A stretch of DNA of 64,000 nucleotides from Patescibacteria group bacterium (GCA_041661405.1 JBAZUL010000008.1:3640-67639), one strand, 5' to 3'; shown: positions 36,129-45,105, numbered from the stretch's first letter. Notes: generated by a model not told the origin, from the letters alone. Made by a program: numbers and translations.

Positions 36129-37625
36129 TTAAATCTGATTACTAACTCCTGTAATTATTTCTCCTTGCGGGTATGAATCCATAATTTTTTGCGGAATGGT
36201 TATCACGTTCGGCCATCTATAGCCCATCTTTTCAAAAACTTCTCCGGAAATAAACGCCCTCTTCGTTCCGTTGACGATTAAATATACGCCCGGCGTAAGA
36301 GGGGATTTTAAAAGCTCTCCGTCGCCGAATCTTATTGGTTCAGCGGTAACAAATTTATCCAGTTCTTCAGGCGCGGCCGGAATGGACTTTTTATTTTTAA
36401 ACATAGTCGTCAGGAACACCCGATCCGGGATCGCCCGCTTTACGCCGTCCATGACAAAATAAATTCCGCCGGTTTTATTGTTTTGCAATAGGGCGCCGGA
36501 CGGGTAGGTGGAGGTCGCGGTAATCGGGGCGGCTTCGGCGAAAAAGTTCAGATCTTCAAAGCTCACGTCTTCTATTTCTTCCGGGTTTATCCCGACTTTT
36601 CTTAACGCCTCCTGGGAAACAAAGCCGCGTTTTGTCTCGTCTAAAAGAAGATAAACCGTCCCTTTTGGCGAGCGGACAAAAGAATATTGGGCGAATTTAA
36701 TCGGATCCCCGAGCGGGTATTTATCAATGTCCGACCGGTTAACCATTATTATCCTGCTAACGTCATAACGGGAAGTCAAAGCGCCGCGGCTGGTAAAAGC
36801 TCTTCTTTTGCCGTTCTGAATCAGCCAAACCCCGGCCTCGCCTTCGGCCTGTAAAAGCGAACCGTCAGGGTAGTTGATTACAAAATATCTTTGCCAGAGC
36901 TTATAAAAATTATAATTGCCGTTATAGACATGCGGAGTATAATTGTAAAGCGCGGCGGTCGCCTGATTGGCCGGAGTAACACTCATCGGCTCGTTGGAAA
37001 TCGTGCCGTAAGGGTTAGTAAAAGTATAAGTTTCACCGGCCCGGTATTTATAGAGTCCGGGGCTTACGATATAATCTTTAAACTGAAGCGCCGCTGAATT
37101 TATCTGCTTGCCAAATCCCCGCCAATATTCTAAGCATTTTGATCCGTCCGGACAGCCGTAGCCAGTCGCCCAGTCAAGTTGGCTTTGGGTCGGCGCGGTT
37201 TCGTCAATAAGGCTCATTTCTTTTTGCAGAAGGACGAGGAGAAATTTCGGATTTACGGTTTTTACCGGGACGCATTTAGAGCTGATTTCCGCTGGTGTCG
37301 GCGCGTCAGAAAGCTTTGACGAGCAGTCATAACTGTTATTGGCGGCATCGTAAATAATTTGCGCCGCGGTTTTTACTTCGCCTATCCAGTTTTTGCAGGA
37401 ATAGCGGGCGAGGAAACTGCCTTTAGTTTCAAGAAATTCCTGAATCTCAGCGAGGCTCATGGCGCTGGTATTCAGGATTTCCGAATCGCTAATAATGTAG
37501 TTTGGGTTAAAGTTCGGGTCAATCGCGGTCTGCGCCGCGGCAAACAGAGGACTAAAAAAAGAACCAAACAAAAAAGCCGTAAACAAAAAAAGTAATCCTG
37601 CTTTTGATTTTAATATTTTTAGCAT
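36129..37625 (-). CDS. Secreted protein with four C-terminal ~50-aa repeats (putative cell-surface/cell-wall associated)
   Basis: Signal peptide, a Cys-containing N-terminal domain, and four repeats with the core G-[VI]-[YW]-L-[IV]-x-x-G-x-[KR]-R-x-[FI] (GVWLIQNGKRRAF, GTVYLLLDETKRGF, GGIYFVMDGVKRAI, GVYLIVNGTKRAF). Confidence 0.65.
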   Translation of the reverse strand: MLKILKSKAGLLFLFTAFLFGSFFSPLFAAAQTAIDPNFNPNYIISDSEILNTSAMSLAEIQEFLETKGSFLARYSCKNWIGEVKTAAQIIYDAANNSYDCSSKLSDAPTPAEISSKCVPVKTVNPKFLLVLLQKEMSLIDETAPTQSQLDWATGYGCPDGSKCLEYWRGFGKQINSAALQFKDYIVSPGLYKYRAGETYTFTNPYGTISNEPMSVTPANQATAALYNYTPHVYNGNYNFYKLWQRYFVINYPDGSLLQAEGEAGVWLIQNGKRRAFTSRGALTSRYDVSRIIMVNRSDIDKYPLGDPIKFAQYSFVRSPKGTVYLLLDETKRGFVSQEALRKVGINPEEIEDVSFEDLNFFAEAAPITATSTYPSGALLQNNKTGGIYFVMDGVKRAIPDRVFLTTMFKNKKSIPAAPEELDKFVTAEPIRFGDGELLKSPLTPGVYLIVNGTKRAFISGEVFEKMGYRWPNVITIPQKIMDSYPQGEIITGVSNQI

Positions 37626-37668
37626 AGGGTTATTATAATATACGGGTGCGGTTATGGCAAATTACAGA

Positions 37669-37776
37669 GCGTGTGAGCGAGGTATCCCGCAGCCGAAGGC
37701 GTGCGGGATCTGGCAGGATTGAATATCCCGCCCCGCAATACTGCGGGACGGGATGATTTGCTCGCACGCAAATCAT
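37669..37776. repeat. Modular palindromic element, copy 2 (three hairpins)
   Basis: GCGTGTGAGCGA (37669-37680); ATCCCGCA-N10-TGCGGGAT (37684-37709); ATCCCGCCCCGCA-ATAC-TGCGGGACGGGAT (37725-37754); ATGATTTGC-TCGCAC-GCAAATCAT (37753-37776). Confidence 0.85.
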
Positions 37777-37804
37777 TGACTTTTTGCTAAAAATACGTTA
37801 TTCT
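37776..37804 (+). promoter_or_regulatory. Candidate promoter for rnpB
   Basis: TTGACT (37776-37781), a 17-nt spacer, then TATTCT (37799-37804), about 70 nt upstream of the RNase P RNA P1 stem. Confidence 0.45.
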
Positions 37805-37872
37805 GGCATTAGGTTAGATTAGCTGAATTTTAACGATTTGGCTTTATTTTATTAGTATTTTCTAAGTTCTTT

Positions 37873-38415
37873 AAATTCCATTAATTTCAGGGCAAACGGA
37901 TAGCTACTGCGCCTCATGCGCAGAGGAAAGTCCGGACTCCTGTCCCGCCATGCTTGCATAGCGGGATGTAGCGGCAGTGGGTAACACCCACCCGCCGACG
38001 TTTCGCTCCGCATTTTGCGGGGCGGGAATAAGACGAGGGAAAGTGTCAAGTCCCGACCGCAAAGCGGCGGGACGAGATCCCGCCTTCCTTAATTCAAATT
38101 AAGAGAGGCGGGGCCACAGAGACAATACTATCCCGAGCAATCGGGAGAAAGGTGAAAAGTTGTCCCATGTTTATGGTTATAATTGGATATCCATATAACT
38201 GTAAACCAGGGACTTTTCCGGCTGGCGACAGCCGTGAACGGTAAACCCTGCCTGGAGCAAGAGCAAACTCCTTTTTTCGCGCAAGCGGAGCAAGGAAGAC
38301 AAGTGGCTCGCTTGATCCCGCGGAGTAATTCGCGGGACAGATAAATGGCTATCTATCCTTCGCGAGAAGGTGGACAGAATCCGGCTTACAGTTTGCCCTG
38401 AAATTAATGGAATTT
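37873..38415 (+). ncRNA. rnpB: RNase P RNA, bacterial type A, unusually long
   Basis: P4 strands GAGGAAAGTCCGGACTCC (5-prime) and ACAGAATCCGGCTTAC (3-prime) show a compensatory A/T change. Also present: GCCACAGAGACAA, GGTAAACCC, GGAGCAAG and AGATAAATGGCT. P1 forms between 37873-37897 and 38391-38415 (25 perfect bp); the core P1 is 37888-37897/38391-38400. Confidence 0.9.
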
Positions 38416-38425
38416 ACCAGGACGA

Positions 38426-38475
38426 TAATTAGTGATTAGTTAACTGGTCGTGCAGTTTTTGCTAATCACTAATTA
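38426..38475. repeat. Perfect 14-bp inverted repeat downstream of rnpB
   Basis: TAATTAGTGATTAG (38426-38439) pairs with CTAATCACTAATTA (38462-38475) around a 22-nt loop. The direct repeat CTAATTAACCA x2 follows (38470-38495). Confidence 0.8.
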
Positions 38476-38499
38476 ACCAATCAACTAATTAACCAGTCC

Positions 38500-39936
38500 A
38501 TGAAGCGTTCTGAATTATTTTTTTCATTCCTCTTAGTGCCGCTTGATTTCTTAATGATCATCGCCGCCGGCCTTTCGGCTTACTCCATCCGGTACGCCGA
38601 ATTTTTTACCGAAATCAGGCCGGTTATTTTTAATCTGCCTTTTGAAAAATATTTGCGGGTTATAACCCCAATCGCCCTGGCCTGGATAATTATTTTCGCC
38701 CTGGCCGGGCTTTACCGGATTAAAGGCAAAAGGGGATTTGGGAAGGAATTTTACCGGATAATCCTTGCCTGCTCAACCGGCTTCATGCTGATCGTGGTTC
38801 TCATATTTTTCCGCCGCGAGCTTTTTGATTCCCGCTTCATCGTTTTAGCCGGCTGGCTTTTTTCCATTGTTTATATCACGCTCGCCCGGAAAATCGTCCG
38901 GCTGTCGCAAAACTTTCTCTACCGCTTTGGAATCGGCGCTCACAATCTCGTCATAATCGGCGCCGCGAAAACAACGGATATTCTTGCCAATGAATTTTCG
39001 TCCGATAAAAAATCAGGCTACGCAGTAGTTGGCCGCTACCGGAGTTTCAGCGAGAAAGAAGCCGCGGAACTCGCCGAATTCCTTAAAAAAAACCAGGTTG
39101 ACGAAATAATCCAGGGCGATCCGAACCTCTCCAAAGAAGAAGTAATCCGGGCCTACGATTTCGCCGGCGAACGCCATATTACTTTTAAATACGCGGCTGA
39201 TCTGCTCGGAGCCAAAGTTTTAAAAACCGAGGTAACAGATATTTCCGGAATTCCGTTGGTTGAAGTCGTAAAAACCCCGCTGGAGGGCTGGGGTCGGATC
39301 GTAAAAAGAACCTTTGACCTATTTTTATCTTTTCTTTTGCTCGTCGCACTAAGCCCGGTTTTTATTCTTATCGCCATAATCATAAAACTTGATTCAAAAG
39401 GACCGGTATTCTATCTTGATTACCGTTCCGGCCAGTACGGAAAAAAATTCCTTTTTTATAAATTCCGTTCCATGCAAGCCGATCTCTGCGACGGCGAAGG
39501 GCCGACCGCCACCTGCGAAGGCAATGAATATTTAAATAAGCTCATAAACGATCCGGCGCGTAATACCCGGCAGGAAGGCCCGCTTCATAAAATAAAAGAT
39601 GACCCCCGCGTTACCCTGGCGGGAAAATTCTTAAGGCGCTGGAGCCTTGACGAGTTGCCCCAATTTTATAATGTCCTTCGCGGCGATATCAGCTTGGTGG
39701 GGCCTCGCTGTCACATGACTTTAGAAACCGCTAAATACGAATCGCGGCATAAATATATTTTAGCTATCAAACCCGGAATCACCGGGCTGGCGCAGATTTC
39801 CGGCCGGAGCGATCTTACTTTTGAAGACGAGGTTAAACTGGACGCTTATTATATTGAAAACTGGTCGCTCGGGCTGGATATTTCCATCCTTTTCCGGACG
39901 CCCTGGGCCGTTTTAAGGCCGAGAAAAGCGGAATAG
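38500..39936 (+). CDS. Polyprenyl-phosphate sugar phosphotransferase (WbaP/bacterial sugar transferase family)
   Basis: N-terminal TM helices, RTFDLFLSFLLLVALSPVFILIAIIIKLDSKGPVFY and DELPQFYNVLRGDISLVGPR. Confidence 0.88.
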   Translation: MKRSELFFSFLLVPLDFLMIIAAGLSAYSIRYAEFFTEIRPVIFNLPFEKYLRVITPIALAWIIIFALAGLYRIKGKRGFGKEFYRIILACSTGFMLIVVLIFFRRELFDSRFIVLAGWLFSIVYITLARKIVRLSQNFLYRFGIGAHNLVIIGAAKTTDILANEFSSDKKSGYAVVGRYRSFSEKEAAELAEFLKKNQVDEIIQGDPNLSKEEVIRAYDFAGERHITFKYAADLLGAKVLKTEVTDISGIPLVEVVKTPLEGWGRIVKRTFDLFLSFLLLVALSPVFILIAIIIKLDSKGPVFYLDYRSGQYGKKFLFYKFRSMQADLCDGEGPTATCEGNEYLNKLINDPARNTRQEGPLHKIKDDPRVTLAGKFLRRWSLDELPQFYNVLRGDISLVGPRCHMTLETAKYESRHKYILAIKPGITGLAQISGRSDLTFEDEVKLDAYYIENWSLGLDISILFRTPWAVLRPRKAE

Positions 39937-39943
39937 TCAAATT

Positions 39944-41161
39944 ATGCGAGTAGCTCTAATCCACGACCATCTCGCCCAGGACGGCGGGGCGGAAAAAGTC
40001 TTAAAAAGCCTTGCGGAAATTTATCCGGACGCGCCGATTTATACTTTGCTTTACGATAAAAAAAACATTGATAAATATTACCCGGGACGCCGGATTGAAG
40101 CTTCCATAATCCAGAAAATGCCGGGCGGAGTAAAGCATTACCAGTGGTACATGCCGTTCATGCCCATGGCCATAGAATTTTTTGATTTGCGCGGCTTTGA
40201 CGTTGTCTTGTCCGATACCGCCTCTTTTGCCAAAGGCGTGATTACTGGCCCGGACACCCTGCACATCTGCTATTGCCATACGCCGACCCGCTATTTATGG
40301 AGCGACACGCACCAGTATATCAATGAACTGCGCTACAATAAATTTTTCAAAAAAATCATTTCCATGGTTTTAAACTACGTCCGGATTTGGGACCGGATGG
40401 CGGCCGACCGGGTTGACGTTTTTATCGCCAATTCTGATGTGGTTGCAAAAAGAATTAAAAAATATTATCGGCGCGATGCTAAGGTCATCTTTCCTCCGAC
40501 TGAAATAGAAAAATTCCATGTCGCGGGAAGCGAAGTTTCGCCGGCTGACAAAACCGAAAACATTATAAGCCAAAAAGGAAATTATTTTCTTTGCGGCTGC
40601 CGGCTCGTTCCCTACAAAAGGATTGATATTGTCATAGAAGCGTTTAAAAAATTGAACGGCCATGGCCAACCTGCTGGCTCCTTTAATGAGACTGCTCCGC
40701 AAATTGAGAGCTCACAAAAACCGTATAATCTAAAAATTTTCGGCGACGGGATTGACTTGCCGCGCTTAAAAAAAATCGCCGGTGACGCGCCGAACATAGA
40801 ATTCCTTGGCCGGGTTTCGGACGAAGAGCGAGCCAGACTTTACGCCGAGTGCCAGGCGTTCATCAACCCGCAGGTTGAGGATTTCGGCATAACCATCATG
40901 GAAGCCATGGCTTCGGGCCGGCCGGTAATCGCCCTAAAACAGGGAGGCGCCCGCGAGTCGGTTATTGAAGGGAAAACCGGAGAGTTTTTTCTTTCTGAAA
41001 CGCCGGAAAATGTTATTGAAGCGGTTAAAAAATTTGACGCGAAAAAATATGTTCCGGCCGAAATCCGCGCCCATGCCGAAAAATTTTCCGAAGAGCGGTT
41101 TAAGAAGGAAATAAAGGAGTTCGTGGAAATGGAATACGAAAAATTTAAAAATGATCGCTAA
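39944..41161 (+). CDS. Glycosyltransferase family 4 (GT-B)
   Basis: RLVPYKRIDIVIEAF and EDFGITIMEAMASGRPVIALKQGGARESV (E-x7-E region). Confidence 0.85.
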   Translation: MRVALIHDHLAQDGGAEKVLKSLAEIYPDAPIYTLLYDKKNIDKYYPGRRIEASIIQKMPGGVKHYQWYMPFMPMAIEFFDLRGFDVVLSDTASFAKGVITGPDTLHICYCHTPTRYLWSDTHQYINELRYNKFFKKIISMVLNYVRIWDRMAADRVDVFIANSDVVAKRIKKYYRRDAKVIFPPTEIEKFHVAGSEVSPADKTENIISQKGNYFLCGCRLVPYKRIDIVIEAFKKLNGHGQPAGSFNETAPQIESSQKPYNLKIFGDGIDLPRLKKIAGDAPNIEFLGRVSDEERARLYAECQAFINPQVEDFGITIMEAMASGRPVIALKQGGARESVIEGKTGEFFLSETPENVIEAVKKFDAKKYVPAEIRAHAEKFSEERFKKEIKEFVEMEYEKFKNDR

Positions 41162-41217
41162 AATTCAAAAAACCTTAATTTAATTTAGAGATACTCTCAG
41201 ATTTAAAATTCATTGCT

Positions 41218-42693
41218 ATGCCAGATAAAAATAACATCCGATTGCGTTTCGCGCCTTCGCCAACCGGATTTCTGCACATCGGCAGTTTAAGAACCGCGCT
41301 TTTTGATTATATAATCGCTAAAAAACTCGGCGGTAAATTAATCCTCCGGATTGAAGATACTGATCAAAAAAGGGAAGTAGCGGGCGCCGTAGAGAGTCTT
41401 GTAAAAATTCTTGACTGGATCGGAATTGGTTTTGACGAAGGTCCGCACGCGGGCGGCGATTACGGCCCATACACGCAGACGGAAAGGCTTGATATCTATA
41501 AAAAACATGCGGATGAACTAATAAATAAAGGCAGGGCTTATTATTGTTTTTGCTCTGCCGAAAGGCTGGAAGAAGTCCGAAATAAACAGCAGACGGAAAA
41601 ACAAGCTCCGAGATACGACCGCCATTGCCGCGATTTAAGCGAAGATGAAATTAAGAAAAAAATCGCCTGTAGCGAAAAATATGTTATCCGGCAGAAAATG
41701 CCTTTGGAGGGGAAAATTATTGTCCATGACGAGCTTCGGGGCGATATAGAATTTAACGCGACTGAACTGGAAGACCATGTTCTGATAAAATCCAACGGTA
41801 TCCCGACTTACCAGTTCGCAAGCGTCGTGGACGATCATCTAATGGAAATTTCCCACGTTGTCCGCGGCGAAGAATGGCTGCCGTCATTTCCGAAAAATAT
41901 TTTGCTTTATCAGGCGTTCGGCTGGGAGCCGCCGAAGTTCGTCCACCTCGCCCTGACCTTAAATAAAGGCGGCGGCAAGCTATCAAAGCGCCAGGGCGAC
42001 GTCGCGGTTGAGGATTACCGCGCCAAAGGTTATCTTCCCGAAGCGCTCATCAATTTTTGCGTTCTGCAGGGCTGGCATCCCAAGGACGACAATGAAATTT
42101 TAACTTTGGATGAAATAATTAAAAAGTTCGAAATTAAAGACATGGGAACGAGTCCGGCGATTTTTGATATTGAAAAACTGGATTTTTTTAACGGCTATTA
42201 TATTCGCCATAAGAGTTTGGATGAGCTGGCTGAGATGTGCAGGCCGCATCTTGAGGAAAATTTAAAGAAGACGACAGACGACAGACGACAGACGACAGAT
42301 TTTATCAAAGACGTGGTAAAACTGGAACAGGAGCGTCTGAAAAAATTATCAGAAATTTCCGAGCTGACTGAATTCTTTTTCGTTGATAAACTGGAATACG
42401 ACCCAACGCTTTTAATCTGGAAAAAAATGTCCGCCGAAGAAGTAAAAGAAAAATTAAAAGAAGTCGCGGATGTTTTGGAAAGGATTCCGGAAGAATTCTG
42501 GACCAATGATTCAATTGAAGAAGCGATTAAAACCCATATTGCGGCGAAAAACGGCCAAATGGGCGAATACCTCTGGCCCATGCGCGTTGCCCTGACCGGC
42601 CGCAAAGCCTCGCCATCGCCTTTTGACGTTGCTGAGGTTTTAGGGAAGGAAGATAGTTTAAAGAGGGTGAAGGAGGGGATGGAAAGGATTTAA
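41218..42693 (+). CDS. gltX: Glutamate--tRNA ligase
   Basis: RLRFAPSPTGFLHIGSLRTALF (HIGH class) and KLSKRQG (KMSKS). Confidence 0.92.
   Translation: MPDKNNIRLRFAPSPTGFLHIGSLRTALFDYIIAKKLGGKLILRIEDTDQKREVAGAVESLVKILDWIGIGFDEGPHAGGDYGPYTQTERLDIYKKHADELINKGRAYYCFCSAERLEEVRNKQQTEKQAPRYDRHCRDLSEDEIKKKIACSEKYVIRQKMPLEGKIIVHDELRGDIEFNATELEDHVLIKSNGIPTYQFASVVDDHLMEISHVVRGEEWLPSFPKNILLYQAFGWEPPKFVHLALTLNKGGGKLSKRQGDVAVEDYRAKGYLPEALINFCVLQGWHPKDDNEILTLDEIIKKFEIKDMGTSPAIFDIEKLDFFNGYYIRHKSLDELAEMCRPHLEENLKKTTDDRRQTTDFIKDVVKLEQERLKKLSEISELTEFFFVDKLEYDPTLLIWKKMSAEEVKEKLKEVADVLERIPEEFWTNDSIEEAIKTHIAAKNGQMGEYLWPMRVALTGRKASPSPFDVAEVLGKEDSLKRVKEGMERI
42270..42297 (+). repeat. In-frame heptamer array inside gltX (GACGACA x4)
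   Basis: GACGACA repeated four times exactly, encoding ..KKTTDDRRQTTD.. Confidence 0.95.
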
Positions 42694-42729
42694 GAGATAT
42701 TTATTTTAATATTAGTAGTTTTTTTTGGG

Positions 42730-42788
42730 GTTCGGATATCCCAAGCGCATTAGCTGAAATATTCCTTTTCTTTTTGGGCTATCCGAAC
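42730..42788. repeat. Inverted repeat between gltX and the AT-rich islet
   Basis: GTTCGGATATCCCA (42730-42743) pairs with TGGGCTATCCGAAC (42775-42788): 14 bp with one mismatch. Confidence 0.75.
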
Positions 42789-42929
42789 AATTGTTTTAAA
42801 AAATTTTCAAATTTCTTTTTCTTTGATTATAAAGGGGAAATAAGGTGTTTTCTCTGCTCCGCTGCGAAAACGATTTATTTATAAAGGAAAAACGAATACA
42901 ATATAATTACTAAACTTAAATGTAAAAAT

Positions 42930-44636
42930 ATGGAAGCAGGAAAACGAAACATACCCGACATATTCAACAGAGCAAATAAATTGAAAATACCCCACTTTCA
43001 AAGATCTTATGTTTGGCGCGAAGAACAATGGGAACGATTTTTAGATGACATGCAATACGCATCTCACGCTAATCGCCCCTATTTTATGGGCTCAGTCATA
43101 CTAAAACAACAAGAAACCCAAGTTAATCAAGATAATATAAGAACTATTATTGACGGCCAGCAAAGGCTCACAACAGTAATTCTGTTTTTCAAGGCATTAT
43201 TTATTAATAATGATACACCAGAAAAATTTCCTCATATTTTTACAACATTTAATAATGGTGTGATTTTGGAACATAATTATTCTGATAAACCGATATTTGA
43301 CAAAATTTTACTTGACCAAGACCTAGAATCAAAAGAAAAGAAGAGTCAAATAGCCAAATGTTATAAATATTTTTTAGAAAAAATTAAACCCAGCGAGATT
43401 GATCCAAATAAACTACTATCCAATATTTTATTTGTCGGAATTGATTTGTTATACAACGAAGATGAGCAGCAAATATTTGATACAATTAATTCTTTGGGGG
43501 TCAGACTGACTACGGCTGAGTTGCTAAAGAATTATTTATTTCGAGATGACGTTAATTTTTACAATACAAATTGGCGGGATGTATTTGAAAAAAACGATGA
43601 AATAAAAGAATATTGGGATCAAGAGGTTACTTCTGGACGAAATATCAGAAATAACATAGATCTGTTTTTGCAGGCCTACCTGTTTATTAAAATTCAAGAA
43701 AATGGGATCAACGTTAGTTCTGATGACAAAGAAAGATTTTTCAAAATTGACTCTGTTTTTAATTCCTACAAGGAATTTATTACTGATTATCAAATGGATA
43801 AAAATGCCATAATAAATGAATTAAAGGAATACGCCAGTGTTTATAAAAGCACAATTAATCCAAAAATTGTTGAGCAAGACATTGATAAAAATGACTACGC
43901 CCAAAGATTAAATTTAGTAATGTTTGGATTGGATACGGCGACTATAATTCCATATGTTTTGTATGTATCAAAAAAGGTTAGTAGCCAAGAGGAAAAAAAC
44001 AAAATATTCAGATATTTAGAGGCCTACCTAATAAGAAGGCTTATTTGTAGAGAGACAACAAAAAATTATAACCAACTATTTAGGAGTTTAATAAACAACG
44101 AGATTAATTCCTTTGAAAAATTGAAGGAAATAATCGAAATGAAGGGCGAAAAAATTAATAAAATGCCCTCAGATAGCACAGTAGAGGATGGATTTAATAA
44201 TTCAAAGCTTGCAAATAAATATGCAAAGGGTGTTCTATATTTAATTGAAAGAACAACTAGAAATGATTTAAATGCTACTGAACTAAAATATTTCAATGAA
44301 TATAGCCTAGAACATGTGATGCCGAAAAAATGGCGAAACAACTGGAATATTCAAAATTTAACGAACGAACAGGCAGAACAACGCGATGACTTAATATTAA
44401 CACTTGGTAATCTAACATTAATCACAAAACAATTAAATTCTTCTATAAGAGACTCCGACTGGCCAACGAAAAAAAATGGTAATGGAAGAAATCTCGGCCT
44501 TATAGAGTATGCTCAAGGAATAGAAATATTTTCACAATATCTACAAAGAGATAATTGGGACGAGAGCACAATAAAGGAAAGGGCTGTGCAACTGCTCAAA
44601 TCAGCAGTAGAAAGAGTTTGGAATCTTGACTTCTAA
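42930..44636 (+). CDS. DUF262/DUF1524 two-domain nuclease (GmrSD-like type IV restriction family)
   Basis: N-terminal IPHFQRSYVWREEQWERFLDD and IDGQQRLTT (DUF262/ParB-like). C-terminal SLEHVMPKKW ... LGNLTLITKQLNSSIRD (His-Me finger, DUF1524). The gene is strongly AT-rich relative to its neighbours. Confidence 0.8.
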   Translation: MEAGKRNIPDIFNRANKLKIPHFQRSYVWREEQWERFLDDMQYASHANRPYFMGSVILKQQETQVNQDNIRTIIDGQQRLTTVILFFKALFINNDTPEKFPHIFTTFNNGVILEHNYSDKPIFDKILLDQDLESKEKKSQIAKCYKYFLEKIKPSEIDPNKLLSNILFVGIDLLYNEDEQQIFDTINSLGVRLTTAELLKNYLFRDDVNFYNTNWRDVFEKNDEIKEYWDQEVTSGRNIRNNIDLFLQAYLFIKIQENGINVSSDDKERFFKIDSVFNSYKEFITDYQMDKNAIINELKEYASVYKSTINPKIVEQDIDKNDYAQRLNLVMFGLDTATIIPYVLYVSKKVSSQEEKNKIFRYLEAYLIRRLICRETTKNYNQLFRSLINNEINSFEKLKEIIEMKGEKINKMPSDSTVEDGFNNSKLANKYAKGVLYLIERTTRNDLNATELKYFNEYSLEHVMPKKWRNNWNIQNLTNEQAEQRDDLILTLGNLTLITKQLNSSIRDSDWPTKKNGNGRNLGLIEYAQGIEIFSQYLQRDNWDESTIKERAVQLLKSAVERVWNLDF

Positions 44637-44656
44637 AAAGAATAAGGAGTTTTGGA

Positions 44657-44691
44657 TTTTGGGCATTCACCCCTGACCCCTCTGCCCAAAA
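44657..44691. repeat. Stem-loop after the DUF262/DUF1524 gene
   Basis: TTTTGGGCA (44657-44665) pairs with TGCCCAAAA (44683-44691). No T-tract follows. Confidence 0.6.
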
Positions 44692-44710
44692 CTAAACTAA
44701 ATAAAAACAT

Positions 44711-45064
44711 ATGACTCACGAACAACAGCCGGATAATCAGCTGGAAAACCCCGAGAAAATCGATTTAACGAAACTTAATTTTCAAGAACTGGAGGCAATA
44801 TTTAATAAAGCATCCGAACTGGCTGAGAACACTTTTACGGAAAAAGAGAATGGATTCGTCAATATCCAACGTGATGGTATAATTATTATGGAAGCGGAAG
44901 GCAAATGGCGTATAACGAGACAAAGGCCCTGGCCTAAATTCTTTGAAACATACATTATGCAAAACGCGACTCCTGTTTTTACTGAAGGTTCTAAAAATAA
45001 ACAAGAACTAATGTCGGCAATAAGGGAAGCGATAGAGCAAAGCGGAAACAGGATAATAGAATAA
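44711..45064 (+). CDS. Hypothetical protein
   Basis: 117-aa ORF. No family recognised. Confidence 0.5.
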   Translation: MTHEQQPDNQLENPEKIDLTKLNFQELEAIFNKASELAENTFTEKENGFVNIQRDGIIIMEAEGKWRITRQRPWPKFFETYIMQNATPVFTEGSKNKQELMSAIREAIEQSGNRIIE

Positions 45065-45105
45065 ATATCTATTCAGATATCAACTTAATTTGTATAAGCT
45101 AAACC

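Noticed and set aside
37852-38049. 65-aa minus-strand ORF
   Set aside because: It lies entirely within or against the RNase P RNA gene, whose conserved P4 and other motifs explain the sequence.
38131-38146. Recurring TCCCGA-N4-TCGGGA hairpins (38131 in rnpB, 58774 after ftsQ, 63972-63990 in the thrS leader), considered as a repeat family
   Set aside because: The stems are only 6-7 bp, the loops and flanks differ, and each is explained by its local context (an RNase P helix, a leader hairpin). The evidence is insufficient to call a family.
42727-42745. GGGGTTCGGATATCCCA resembling a tRNA T-arm (a possible tRNA fragment or att site at the islet border)
   Set aside because: The loop length and sequence deviate from GTTCGAATC. 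No acceptor, D or anticodon arms can be drawn from the flanking AT-rich sequence. The segment is better explained as one arm of the 42730/42775 inverted repeat.
44644-44710. AAGGAG Shine-Dalgarno-like motif followed by a possible 20-codon TTG-initiated mini-ORF
   Set aside because: The spacing to the TTG is only 2 nt. The region is dominated by the 44657-44691 stem-loop, and there is no supporting coding signal.
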